DNA of 64,000 bases, taken from positions 11,525 through 75,524 of the forward strand of contig DATKME010000065.1 in the NCBI GenBank assembly GCA_035542035.1, given 5' to 3'. Shown in pieces: positions 38,011 to 47,007 of the stretch (its first letter is position 1; each line of letters begins with the position of its first letter). Both the position numbers and the translations under genes were made by a program. The DNA is from Vicinamibacteria bacterium. Its GTDB lineage: Bacteria; Acidobacteriota; Vicinamibacteria; Fen-336. The notes below the pieces were generated by a model. That model did no database searches, had not been told where the DNA came from, and saw nothing but the letters and a program-made list of their open reading frames with translations.

Positions 38011-41000
38011 ATGGGTCTCGTCCGCCGTCTGTTCGTCGCGCTCGCCCTCTTGCTCGCCGCTCTCGTCGGCCCCGCGCGTGCGGCGGAAGCGCCGGCCAAG
38101 GCGGCGGCGCCGCCCGACGGCTTCTACCGCTACCCGGCGATCGGCGGGGGCACGATCGTGTTCGCCTCCGAGGGCGACCTGTGGAGGGTGCCCGCCTCGG
38201 GTGGGGTCGCCCTGCGCCTCACCGCCCACGAAGGCGAGGAGCGCTTTCCGCGCATCTCGCCGGACGGGAAGCTCATCGCCTTCACCGCTCAGTACGAGGG
38301 CAACGACGACGTCTACGTGATGCCGCTGGGCGGCGGCGAGCCACAGAGGCTCACCTTCCACCCCGCCTCGGACCAGGCCATCGGTTGGACCCCCGACGGC
38401 AAGGTGCTCTTCCGCAGCCGGCGCGACCACCCGCACGGCGACTACCGCGTCTACACGATCCCGCCCACGGGCGGGATTCCCCAGATGATCCCGCTCGAGC
38501 CCGCGGCCTGGGTCAGCTTCGAGCCCGGGGGCTCCCGGATCGCGCTCCAGAAGATCGGCCTCGAGTTCCACAACTGGAAGCGCTACAAGGGAGGCGAGGC
38601 CGAGGACATCTGGGTCGGGACCCTCTCCCCGCTCGCCTTCACCGAGGTCACCAGGTACGACGGCAAGGACGCCTTCCCCATGTGGGCGGGCGACGGCCGC
38701 ATCTACTTCGTCACCGACCGCTGGGGCCGCCCCAACCTCGCCTCGATGCTCCCCGACGGCAGCGACGTGCGAAGGCTCACCCGCTTCGACGACTACGACG
38801 TGCGCTGGCCCTCGATGGGCGACGGGAAGATCGTCTACCAGCACAAGATGGACCTCTGGACCTACGACCTCGCCACCGGCAGGAACGAGCAGGTCCCCAT
38901 CCAGCTCCCGAGCGACCGCCTGCAGGTGCGCGAGAGGTTCGTCGACCCGATGCCCACGCTGCGCTCGTGGTCGCTGTCGAAGGACGGCGAGCGCATCGCG
39001 CTCGAGGCGCGGGGCGACGCGTTCGTGGCCCGCACCCACAGGAAGGGCCTCATCCGCCGCATCACGGAGAGCAGCCTCGCGCGAACCCGGACCCCCGTCT
39101 TCTCCCCGGACGGCAAGACGATCGCGGCCTGGACCGAGATCGACGGCGAGGAGCAGCTGGTGCTCCACGCCGCCGACAACGGCGTGCCGCCGCGGACCCT
39201 GGGACCCGTCCCCCACGGGTGGCACTTCGCGCCCGCCTGGTCGCCCGACGGCAAGGCGATCGCCTGGGGCGACGAGAAGCACAAGCTCTACGTGTCGGAC
39301 GTGGCCACCGGCGCCATCACCCCCGTCGACGGGAGCGAGTGGGAGATCCGCCAGTACGCCTGGTCGCCGGACAGCCGCTACCTCGCGTACACCGTGGACC
39401 TCCCGAACCTGTTCGAGCAGGTCAAGGTCTGGGACGGCCAGACGAAGACGGCGTACGCGGTCACCGACCCCGCGTTCAACTCCTTCGCGCCCGCCTGGGA
39501 CCCCCAGGGGAAGTCCCTCTACTTCCTCTCCGACCGGTTCATCAACCCCTACCTCGACCGCTTCGAGGCCCGCTTCATCGTGAGCGAGGCCACGCTGCCG
39601 TTCGTGCTCGCGCTGCAGGCGGACGGGGCGCTGCCGTTCGCCCCTCGCGGCGACGTCGACCCGGAGAAGCCCGAGGAGAAGAAGGCCGAGAAGGCCGGCG
39701 AGGCGAAGGGGAAGGGGGGCAAGGCCGCTGACACGAAGGCCTCGAAGGCCGAGGAGAAGGTCCAGCCGATCCGGATCGACTTCGAGGGCCTCGCTGACCG
39801 CCTCGTCCAGGTTCCCGTCGCCCCGGGGAACTACACCAACCTCCGGGCGATCGCCGGCAAGCTCCACTGGCTGAAGGTCACCGACCGGGGGATGATGCCG
39901 CCCGGCGACAGTCCGGACGAGGAACCCGGCGGGGACCTCGTCACCTACGACGTCGAGAAGGAGAAGCTCTCGACGGTCACCTCCGGCGTGCGCGACTTCG
40001 ACGTGTCGATGGACGGGAAGGTCCTCGTTTACCGGACGAAGGAAGGCTTCGTCCGCATCGAGGCGGGAGCCACGGAAGCGCCGAAGGAGGACGCGGCCAA
40101 GGAGGCGCAGGTCGACCTCTCCGGCTGGACGGTCCGGGTGAATCCCCGCGACGAGTGGAAGCAGATGCTCCACGAGGCCTGGCGCCTGCAGCGGGACTTC
40201 TTCTACGACCCGAAGATGCACGGCGTGGACTGGGACGGCGTGTGGAAGCAGTACGGTCCGCTCGCCGAGCGGATCTCGTCACGCGACGACCTCGCCGACA
40301 TGCTGGGCGAGATGTTCGGCGAGCTGAACGTCGGCCACGCCTACCACGGCGGCGGCGACCTGAGGCGCGGCAAGATGGTGGGCACCGGCCTGCTCGCCGC
40401 CGACCTCGACTACGACCCGGCCACCGGCTTCTGGCAGATCCGCAAGATCTACCGGGGAGACTACCCCGACCCCAGGACGAGCTCGCCGCTGGCGCGGCCC
40501 GACCTGCGGGTGAAGCCGGGGCAGTGGCTGGTGGCGATCGACGGCCGGCCTCTCGCGAAGGGCGAGGACTACCTGCGGCGCCTGGCCAACCGCGCCGGGC
40601 AGGAGGTCGAGCTGTCGATCGCCGACGCCCCCAGGCTCGAGGGAGCGCGGCGCGTGGTGGTGAAGACGGTGGAGAACGACACCCCGATCCGCTACGCGAC
40701 CTGGATCCGCGAGACCCGCGAGTACGTCGAGCGGAAGAGCAACGGCCAGATCGGCTACATCCACCTCTACGACATGGGGGGCCGGGGCCTGCAGCAGTTC
40801 GCGCGCGACTACCCGCCGCAGTGGACGAAGCGCGGCCTGATCATGGACGACCGCTGGAACCACGGGGGCTTCGTGGCGCCGATGATCCTCGCCCACCTCG
40901 ACCGCAAGATGCTGGCGGTGGGCGGGACCCGCCACGGCGGCCTGCTGGACACCACCCCGTCCCACGCCTTCCACGGCTACATGGTCACGCTTATCAACCG

Positions 41001-41367
41001 CCAGGGCGGCAGCGACTGCGAGACCTTTGCCCAGGGGTTCAAGGACTTCAAGATGGGGCTGGTGGTCGGGACCCGCACCTGGGGCGGCTGGGTCGGCATC
41101 CGCGGGGACAAGCCCCTGCGCGACGGCGGCATGATCACGCAGCCCGAGTTCGGGGGCTGGGACCCCAGGGGCAAGGCCTGGATCATCGAGGGGCACGGCG
41201 TCGATCCCGACGTCACGCTCGACCTCGAACCCGACGGCTTCCTGGGCGGCAGGGACGTGCAGCTCGACTACGCGATCGACTACATGCTCAAGCAGATCGC
41301 CCAGGACCCGAAAGACCTGGCGCCGGCCCCGCCGATCCTGCCGCGACCGCTGCAGCCGGTGCCCTAG
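38011..41367 (+). CDS. Tricorn protease homologue (beta-propellers, PDZ and S41 peptidase domains), secreted
   Basis: ATG 38011 follows GGGAGGA. Signal peptide MGLVRRLFVALALLLAALVGPARA. YPAIGGGTIVFASEGDLWRVPASGG...PRISPDGKLIAFTAQYEGNDDVYVMPLGGGEPQRLTFHP is the characteristic tricorn N-terminus. The C-terminal S41 region is ..NHGGFVAPMIL... Confidence 0.9.
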   Translation: MGLVRRLFVALALLLAALVGPARAAEAPAKAAAPPDGFYRYPAIGGGTIVFASEGDLWRVPASGGVALRLTAHEGEERFPRISPDGKLIAFTAQYEGNDDVYVMPLGGGEPQRLTFHPASDQAIGWTPDGKVLFRSRRDHPHGDYRVYTIPPTGGIPQMIPLEPAAWVSFEPGGSRIALQKIGLEFHNWKRYKGGEAEDIWVGTLSPLAFTEVTRYDGKDAFPMWAGDGRIYFVTDRWGRPNLASMLPDGSDVRRLTRFDDYDVRWPSMGDGKIVYQHKMDLWTYDLATGRNEQVPIQLPSDRLQVRERFVDPMPTLRSWSLSKDGERIALEARGDAFVARTHRKGLIRRITESSLARTRTPVFSPDGKTIAAWTEIDGEEQLVLHAADNGVPPRTLGPVPHGWHFAPAWSPDGKAIAWGDEKHKLYVSDVATGAITPVDGSEWEIRQYAWSPDSRYLAYTVDLPNLFEQVKVWDGQTKTAYAVTDPAFNSFAPAWDPQGKSLYFLSDRFINPYLDRFEARFIVSEATLPFVLALQADGALPFAPRGDVDPEKPEEKKAEKAGEAKGKGGKAADTKASKAEEKVQPIRIDFEGLADRLVQVPVAPGNYTNLRAIAGKLHWLKVTDRGMMPPGDSPDEEPGGDLVTYDVEKEKLSTVTSGVRDFDVSMDGKVLVYRTKEGFVRIEAGATEAPKEDAAKEAQVDLSGWTVRVNPRDEWKQMLHEAWRLQRDFFYDPKMHGVDWDGVWKQYGPLAERISSRDDLADMLGEMFGELNVGHAYHGGGDLRRGKMVGTGLLAADLDYDPATGFWQIRKIYRGDYPDPRTSSPLARPDLRVKPGQWLVAIDGRPLAKGEDYLRRLANRAGQEVELSIADAPRLEGARRVVVKTVENDTPIRYATWIRETREYVERKSNGQIGYIHLYDMGGRGLQQFARDYPPQWTKRGLIMDDRWNHGGFVAPMILAHLDRKMLAVGGTRHGGLLDTTPSHAFHGYMVTLINRQGGSDCETFAQGFKDFKMGLVVGTRTWGGWVGIRGDKPLRDGGMITQPEFGGWDPRGKAWIIEGHGVDPDVTLDLEPDGFLGGRDVQLDYAIDYMLKQIAQDPKDLAPAPPILPRPLQPVP

Positions 41368-41396
41368 AGAGGCGGGCAAGGCGCCTGAACCGCAGT

Positions 41397-41413
41397 GCGA
41401 CGCCGCGCGTCGC
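41397..41413 (+). terminator. Hairpin gcgacg-ccgcg-cgtcgc 30 nt after the tricorn stop; candidate terminator without a U-tract
   Basis: Perfect 6-bp stem with a 5-nt loop, seen directly in the sequence. Confidence 0.3.
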
Positions 41414-41440
41414 CCATCAAAGAGCCTCTGGATCGGTCGC

Positions 41441-41446
41441 GATAAT
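41441..41446 (+). promoter_or_regulatory. Candidate -10 box GATAAT, 6 nt upstream of GTG 41453
   Basis: An AT-rich hexamer in a ~70 % GC context. The spacing to the start codon implies a leaderless or near-leaderless transcript. Confidence 0.25.
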
Positions 41447-41452
41447 CCGTTC

Positions 41453-41839
41453 GTGACTGGTCTGGTCCTGCTGGGCCTGGGGGCGATCCTGCTCACGTTG
41501 TACGGCCCGCCCCGGACGCTCCGCCGAGCGCCCGAGGCGCTTCGCGGCCTCGCCGTCCGCCACGAAGCCGAGCTGAAGGCGCAGCGCGGCGACGGCGCCA
41601 CCGTCGCGGTGCACGTGCTGGCGCAGAGCCTCACCGAAGACCCTCGCGTCCGTGGAGTCGTCCTGACGCTGCGCGACATCCACGACCGCAAGGCCCTCGA
41701 GGCCCAGCTCACCCACCAGGCGCTCCACGATCCCCTCACGGGCCTCGCCCACCGCAGCCTGGTGGCGGACCGGCTGCAGCACGCGATGGCCCGCCGGCCC
41801 GAGGACAGGCGCCAATTGACCGTTCTCATGCTGGACCTC
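41453..41839 (+). pseudogene. Truncated sensor diguanylate cyclase remnant: one TM, the end of a PAS domain, and only the first ~40 residues of a GGDEF domain
   Basis: ORF 41453..41959 reads ...VVLTLRDIHDRKALEAQLTHQALHDPLTGLAHRSLVADRLQHAMARRPEDRRQLTVLMLDL. The canonical PAS-to-GGDEF junction (HDPLTGLxNR ... LDLDxFKxxND) stops being GGDEF-like after LMLDL (about 41839). The convergent SDR gene ends at 41863. Confidence 0.5.
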
Positions 41840-41862
41840 CATCGGCGGCCGTGGAGGCCGCG

Positions 41863-42660
41863 TCAGGCGCGCGGCTCGGTGGCTGCCGCGCGGGCCCGCT
41901 GCTGGCCTCGGGTCTCGGCCGAGAGGACGGCGCGCACCAGGCCCGGGGCCCAGCGGTAGGCCAGGTGCAGGCCGTGCAGGAGCAGCGAGCCGTAGACGAG
42001 GAAGCGGCGGCTCCCGATCGTCCGGCGGATCAGCCGGGCGACGTGCTCCGGCGAGTGGAAGAGCCAATCGGGCTGGCGGGTGACGCCGGTCTGGCCCGCC
42101 TCACCCATCCGCGTGCGGACGAGCAGGGGGCAGACGCAGGAGACACGGACTCCCAGCGGCCGCAGCTCGGCGCGCAGGTACTCGGAGAGCCACAGCGCCC
42201 CGACCTTGACCGGCCCGTACGCCGCGTAGCCGGGGAAGGGAAGGAGCGAGGCGCCGGAGCCGAGGTTGATCACGTGTGCGCGCGCGGCCGCGAGCTGCGG
42301 CAGGAACGCCCGGGTCACGCGCGCCACGGCCAGCAGGTTGACCTCGAAGAGCTTCCGCCAGTCGGCCTCGCTGACGTCCTGCCACGCGCCCAGGCGCAGG
42401 ATCCCGGCGTTGTTGACCAGCACGTCCACCCGGCCGAAGCGCTCCCGGCACGCTTCGGCCAGGCGCGCGACGTCCTCCGCGCGGCTCACGTCGACGACCA
42501 GCGCGATCCCGGCTCCGGCCGCCGCCGCCGTACGCTCGAGCTCCACGGGGTCGAGATCGCAGAGCACGAGCGCGTAGCCGGCGCGGCCCAGCTCCAGGGC
42601 GGTCGCCCGCCCGATCCCGCTCGCCGCGCCCGTGATCACGGCCACCCGTGACTCGATCAT
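41863..42660 (-). CDS. Short-chain dehydrogenase/reductase (SDR) family oxidoreductase
   Basis: This is the C-terminal 265 aa of ORF 41863..44640. Start ATG 42660 (MIESRVAVITGAASGIGRA is the TGxxxGxG motif). Also NNAG and the catalytic YGPVK (YxxxK). Confidence 0.85.
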   Translation of the reverse strand: MIESRVAVITGAASGIGRATALELGRAGYALVLCDLDPVELERTAAAAGAGIALVVDVSRAEDVARLAEACRERFGRVDVLVNNAGILRLGAWQDVSEADWRKLFEVNLLAVARVTRAFLPQLAAARAHVINLGSGASLLPFPGYAAYGPVKVGALWLSEYLRAELRPLGVRVSCVCPLLVRTRMGEAGQTGVTRQPDWLFHSPEHVARLIRRTIGSRRFLVYGSLLLHGLHLAYRWAPGLVRAVLSAETRGQQRARAAATEPRA

Positions 42661-42756
42661 GCCTCGCACCTCGCCCGCGTAACATACCTCGACCGCGGCG
42701 ACCCCACCTTCTGCTCCGCGCGAGCCGACGGTCCCGGCCGGTCCGGGATCGCTTGC

Positions 42757-42762
42757 TAAGAT
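42757..42762 (+). promoter_or_regulatory. Candidate -10 box TAAGAT, 6 nt upstream of the helicase GTG 42769
   Basis: This is the only AT-rich hexamer in the 108-nt divergent intergenic region. No Shine-Dalgarno sequence fits between it and the start codon. Confidence 0.3.
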
Positions 42763-42768
42763 GGCGCG

Positions 42769-44691
42769 GTGACGACGGTCCCCTCCTCCTTCTTCTCGCC
42801 GACCGGGCGGCTGGCGCGAGTCCTGCCCGGCTACGAGGAGAGGCCCGCGCAGCGGAAGCTCTCCGAGGCAGTGGCCGAGGTGCTGGACGCCGGCGGGCTG
42901 CTGCTCGCCGAGGCGGGCACCGGGACCGGGAAGACGCTGGCCTACCTGCTGCCGGCGGTGGAGCTGGGCCGCCGGGTGGTCGTCTCCACCGGGACCAAGA
43001 ACCTGCAGGACCAGCTCGTCTCCAAGGACATCCCGCTCCTCGCCCGGGCGCTCGGCCGGGAGCTCCAGGTGGCGGTGATGAAGGGCCGGGGGAACTACCT
43101 CTGCCTGCTCCGCTTCGCCTCCTTCTCCAAGGCGGGCACCTTCCGGCGCCTGGAGGAGCTGCCGCTCTTCCGGGCGGTCGAGGGCTGGGCCGCCGAGACG
43201 CAGACCGGCGACCGCGCCGAGGTCGCGGACATGCCCGACAGCGTCGAGTTCTGGCGCGAGGTCTCGGCGGCGAGCGAGAACTGCATCGGCCAGGCCTGCT
43301 CGCTGTTCGAGGCCTGCCACGTGACGCGCATGCGCCAGCGCGCGCTGGAGGCCGACATCGTGGTGGTGAACCACCACCTGCTGTGCGCCGACCTGGCGGT
43401 GAAGGACGGCAGCTACGGGCAGGTGATCCCGCCCTACGACACCGTGATCCTCGACGAGGCCCACCTGATCGAGGACGTGGCCACGCAGTACTTCGGGGTG
43501 GCGGTGTCCTCGCACCGCGTCGACGATCTCTGCCGCGACGTCGAGCGCGAGCTGAAGGCGGCGCAGCTCGACGGCCGGGAGCTGCGGGCCGAGGTCGAGG
43601 GCACGCGCCTGCGCGCCGAGCGCTTCTTCGGCCGGCTGGCGCGCCAGGGCGCCAGCCGGCTGGGCCCGGGCTGGATGACCTCGTCGCTGCTGGAGGAGGC
43701 GAGCGGCCTGCTGCGACGCCTGGAGGGCCTGCACGCGGCTCTGTTGGCGGTGCCCGACCGCCCGGAGCCGCTGACCGGCCTCGCCGGCCGGGCCTTCGCG
43801 CTCGGCTCCGAGCTGGCCTTCCTCATGCGTGCCGACTCCGACGATCACGTCTACTTCGTGGAGACGCGCGGGCGGGGCGTGTACCTCCGGGCCATGCCCA
43901 TCGACGTCTCCAGCCGGCTGAAGGAGATGCTGTTCGACAGCGTGCGCGCCGCGGTGCTCACCTCGGCCACCCTGGCCGTCGACGGCGGCTTCGACTACGT
44001 GAAGAGCCGCCTCGGCATCGAGCCGAGCGCGGAGCTGCTGTTGCCCTCGCCCTTCCGCTTCGAGGAGCAGGCGGTGCTCTACGTCCCCCGGCGCATGCCG
44101 GAGCCGACCGACCCGGCGTTCGTGGACACCGCGGCCGACGAGGTCGCGCGGCTGCTCGAGCTCTCGCGGGGCCGTGCCTTCGTGCTCTTCACCTCCTACG
44201 CCAACATGAACGCGGTCGCCGAGCGCATCGCGGGCCGGGTCGAGTTCCCCCTGCTGATGCAGGGCGAGGCCCCCAGGCCGCAGCTGCTCGACGCCTTCCG
44301 TGCCACCCCCCACGCGGTGCTGCTGGCGACGGCGTCCTTCTGGCAGGGCGTGGACGTGGCCGGCGAGCAGCTCTCCTGCGTGATCGTCGACAAGCTGCCG
44401 TTCGCCTCGCCCGGCGACCCGGTGGTCTCCGCGCGCATCGAGAGGCTCCGCGCTCGCGGCCAGGACGCCTTCGGCGAGTACCAGGTTCCGGTGGCCGTGC
44501 TGATGCTGAAGCAGGGCCTGGGGCGCCTCATCCGCACCTGCAAGGACCGCGGGATCCTGGCGGTGCTCGACAGCCGCCTCCTGCGCAAGGGCTACGGACG
44601 GCGTTTCCTGGAGAGCCTGCCGCCCGCCCGGCTGGTCCACGACCTGGGAGAGGTCGCCCGCTTCATGGACGGAGATCCCCCCGAACGTTGA
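42769..44691 (+). CDS. dinG: ATP-dependent DNA helicase, DinG/XPD (Rad3-related) family with an Fe-S cluster cysteine set
   Basis: Walker A AGTGTGKT and DEAH box ILDEAHLIED. Four Cys sit between motifs I and II (NYLCLL..., ENCIGQACSLFEACH). The C-terminal helicase motifs are LLATASFWQGVD and VIVDKLPF. The 3' end overlaps the convergent DMT gene by 29 nt. Confidence 0.8.
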   Translation: MTTVPSSFFSPTGRLARVLPGYEERPAQRKLSEAVAEVLDAGGLLLAEAGTGTGKTLAYLLPAVELGRRVVVSTGTKNLQDQLVSKDIPLLARALGRELQVAVMKGRGNYLCLLRFASFSKAGTFRRLEELPLFRAVEGWAAETQTGDRAEVADMPDSVEFWREVSAASENCIGQACSLFEACHVTRMRQRALEADIVVVNHHLLCADLAVKDGSYGQVIPPYDTVILDEAHLIEDVATQYFGVAVSSHRVDDLCRDVERELKAAQLDGRELRAEVEGTRLRAERFFGRLARQGASRLGPGWMTSSLLEEASGLLRRLEGLHAALLAVPDRPEPLTGLAGRAFALGSELAFLMRADSDDHVYFVETRGRGVYLRAMPIDVSSRLKEMLFDSVRAAVLTSATLAVDGGFDYVKSRLGIEPSAELLLPSPFRFEEQAVLYVPRRMPEPTDPAFVDTAADEVARLLELSRGRAFVLFTSYANMNAVAERIAGRVEFPLLMQGEAPRPQLLDAFRATPHAVLLATASFWQGVDVAGEQLSCVIVDKLPFASPGDPVVSARIERLRARGQDAFGEYQVPVAVLMLKQGLGRLIRTCKDRGILAVLDSRLLRKGYGRRFLESLPPARLVHDLGEVARFMDGDPPER

Positions 44692-45637
44692 CCGGCCCGC
44701 GTCCGGCCGGCGCAGCGTCGAGCCGGGCCGCTTCGCGATCGGGCAGCGCGCCCTCTTCGCGCGGCCGCGAAACGCCCTGCAGCCGCAGGGCGAGGACCGC
44801 CGCAGCGACCACCACGACGGCGCCCACGACGAACAACGGGTCCGGCAGCCGCCTCCAGAACAGCCAGTCGAGGAAGCCCGCGAACACCGGACCGGCGTAG
44901 AGGAACGGGCCCACCCGCGCAGCCGGCGCGTAGACGTAGGCGCGCGTCAGCGTGAGCTGGCCGACGGTGGCGAAGACCCCCATCACCAGCAGCAGCGCCC
45001 AGGTCGGCGGCGCGGGGCTGCGCCACCAGAAGGCCGCGGGGGGCAGGGCGACCACCGAGGCCACCAGGCCGAAGTAGAAGACGATCCGCGCCACCGGCTC
45101 GGTGCGGGTGAGCCGGCGGATGCCGACCTGCGAGACAGCCGCCAGCACGGCGGAGCCGAGGCCAACCAGGGCGGCGGGCTCGAAGAGGCCGGTCCCCGGC
45201 TTGAGGATGAACAGCAGGCCGCCGAAGCCCAGCAGCAGCACCCCCCACAGCCGCGGCGGGATGCGCTCGCGCAGCCAGGCGCGCTCCACCAGCGGGATGA
45301 AGAGGGGCATCGACTGGTTGAGCAGGACGGCGTCCGCCAGGCGCAGCCGCGCCACCGCGTAGAAGTAGCAGGCGACCGCCGACACCCCGGCCAGACCCCG
45401 CACCAGGTGGCCGGGCAGGTCCTCGGTGTCCAGGGCGTGCCGCCCGTTCCGCCACAGCCAGGGCAGCAGGTAGAGCAACATGATGAAGTGGCGGAAGAAG
45501 ACGATGGGCGCGTTCGGCAGCTCGCGCGCGCAGGCGCTCACCGCGGCGGCCATGCAGGCGAAGAGCACCGCCGAGATGGCCATCAGCAGCGCGCCCCGTC
45601 GCAGGTCCCCCGGTGGCACGGACGACGGCGTGGTCAC
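44663..45637 (-). CDS. DMT superfamily (EamA-like) transporter
   Basis: About ten predicted hydrophobic helices in two EamA-like halves (...LNQSMPLFIPLV..., ...GPFLYAGPVFAGFLDWLFW). Confidence 0.8.
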   Translation of the reverse strand: MTTPSSVPPGDLRRGALLMAISAVLFACMAAAVSACARELPNAPIVFFRHFIMLLYLLPWLWRNGRHALDTEDLPGHLVRGLAGVSAVACYFYAVARLRLADAVLLNQSMPLFIPLVERAWLRERIPPRLWGVLLLGFGGLLFILKPGTGLFEPAALVGLGSAVLAAVSQVGIRRLTRTEPVARIVFYFGLVASVVALPPAAFWWRSPAPPTWALLLVMGVFATVGQLTLTRAYVYAPAARVGPFLYAGPVFAGFLDWLFWRRLPDPLFVVGAVVVVAAAVLALRLQGVSRPREEGALPDREAARLDAAPAGRGPVNVRGDLRP

Positions 45638-45742
45638 GGCGCGCGATCATACGGGACTCCCCGCGCGCGGCGGGGGGCCTTGAACGACAATCGAGAGAGT
45701 CCGCCGGCAGGGCTCGCGCCGCGTCGCGCCAGGTTGGAGTCG

Positions 45743-46600
45743 ATGTGGGGCGGGCGCTCGCCCGGCGGCGGCGGCACGAGGGGGCGGGCGTACGGGGAGG
45801 CCGTGGCCGGAGCCGCGGCCGGGGGAGGCGCGGTGAGGAAGGGATTGGACTACCTGGTCGAGAGGACGGTGACGGTCGCGGCGCGGCCCAAGACGATCTT
45901 CCGTTTCTTCACGGACTCGGGCCGCTTCGCCGCCTGGTGGGGCGAGGGCTCGCAGATCGACCCGCGGCCCGGCGGTGCGGTTCGCATCTGGTACCCGAAC
46001 GGGGTGCGGGCCGGCGGGGAGGTGCTGGAGGTGGTGCCTGGCGAGAGGATCGCCTTCACCTTCGGCTACGAGAGCGGGGAGCCGATCGCCGTCGGCAGCT
46101 CGCGGGTGACCATCGTCCTGGAGCCGGTCCCGCGGGGCACGCGGCTGCGACTGCGGCACGAGCTGCCGACGGCCACCGCCCGGGAGGTGCACGTCCAGGG
46201 CTGGCGCTACCAGCTCGCGGTGTTCGCCGAGGTGGCCGCCCACGACGCGCACGCCGGCTTCGCCGAGCGCGCCGACCGCTTCCTGGCCCTCTGGGCGCAG
46301 ACGGACCCCGCCGCCCGCCGCGCGGCGCTCGCGGCGCTGGCGGTCGACTCGCTCACCTTTCGCGACCGCCATTCCTGCACCGACGGGCTCGACGACCTCG
46401 ACGCCCACATCGCCGCCTACCAGCGGTTCATGCCCGGCCTGCGTCTCGAGCGCCAGGGCGAGGTGCGGCAGTGCCAGGGCACTGCCCTCGTCGACTGGGT
46501 GGCGAGGGGTCCTGACGGCGCCCCGCGCGGGAAGGGCACGAGCGTCTTCGACCTCGCCGCCGACGGCCGCATCGAGCGGGTGACCGGCTTCTGGAGCTGA
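45743..46600 (+). CDS. SRPBCC (AHSA1-like) domain fused to a SnoaL/NTF2-like domain; function unknown
   Basis: This is the in-frame part of ORF 45407..46600. The SRPBCC-like part is ERTVTVAARPKTIFRFFTDSGRFAAWWG...GTRLRLRHE. The NTF2-like C-terminal half ends ...DGRIERVTGFWS. The start is uncertain: ATG 45743, or GTG 45833 which lies 4 nt after GGGGGAGG. Confidence 0.7.
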   Translation: MWGGRSPGGGGTRGRAYGEAVAGAAAGGGAVRKGLDYLVERTVTVAARPKTIFRFFTDSGRFAAWWGEGSQIDPRPGGAVRIWYPNGVRAGGEVLEVVPGERIAFTFGYESGEPIAVGSSRVTIVLEPVPRGTRLRLRHELPTATAREVHVQGWRYQLAVFAEVAAHDAHAGFAERADRFLALWAQTDPAARRAALAALAVDSLTFRDRHSCTDGLDDLDAHIAAYQRFMPGLRLERQGEVRQCQGTALVDWVARGPDGAPRGKGTSVFDLAADGRIERVTGFWS

Positions 46601-46610
46601 CGGAACCGCA

Positions 46611-46616
46611 TAAGAT
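46611..46616 (+). promoter_or_regulatory. Candidate -10 box TAAGAT upstream of queD
   Basis: The same TAAGATGG octamer occurs upstream of the helicase gene. It lies 18 nt before TTG 46635, with GGAGGGGA in between. Confidence 0.3.
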
Positions 46617-46634
46617 GGGCTTCCGGAGGGGACC

Positions 46635-47003
46635 TTGTTCGAGGTCGCGTACGAGACGACCTTCTGCGCCACCCACCTGCTGACCGATGGCGGCCGGCCC
46701 ATCGAGCCCAACCACGGCCACGACTGGCGGGTCGAGGTGGTCGCCGCCGGCGAGCGCCTGGACGCCATCGGGGTGGTGGTCGACTTCGAGCACCTCAAGG
46801 GGGCCGTCCAGGAGATCGCCCGTCGCCTCCACTACCAGGACATCACCAGCCACCCGCACTTCGCCGGCCAGAGCCCCTCGGCGGAGGCGGTGGCGCGCTA
46901 CTTCTTCTTCGAGGTGCGCAAGGCGATGGGCGAGGAGGGCGAGCGCCTGCGGCGTGTGCGGGTCTGGGAGGCCCCCGGCTGCAGCGCGACCTACTGCGAG
47001 TGA
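46635..47003 (+). CDS. queD: 6-carboxy-5,6,7,8-tetrahydropterin synthase
   Basis: FCATHLL...NHGHDWRVEV (zinc His ligands of the PTPS/QueD fold), about 120 aa. It is immediately followed by queE and queC. Confidence 0.85.
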   Translation: MFEVAYETTFCATHLLTDGGRPIEPNHGHDWRVEVVAAGERLDAIGVVVDFEHLKGAVQEIARRLHYQDITSHPHFAGQSPSAEAVARYFFFEVRKAMGEEGERLRRVRVWEAPGCSATYCE

Positions 47004-47007
47004 GCGG

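Noticed and set aside
41417-42067. The minus-strand 216-aa ORF overlapping the GGDEF remnant and the SDR 3' end.
   Set aside because: Its translation is Pro/Arg/Ala-rich and motif-free. It overlaps the SDR gene out of frame. The plus-strand PAS-GGDEF similarity explains the region better.
46601-46634. A possible preQ1 riboswitch upstream of queD.
   Set aside because: Only 34 nt are available, and they contain a -10-like box and an SD. I saw no stem plus A-rich tail resembling the preQ1-I/II consensus.
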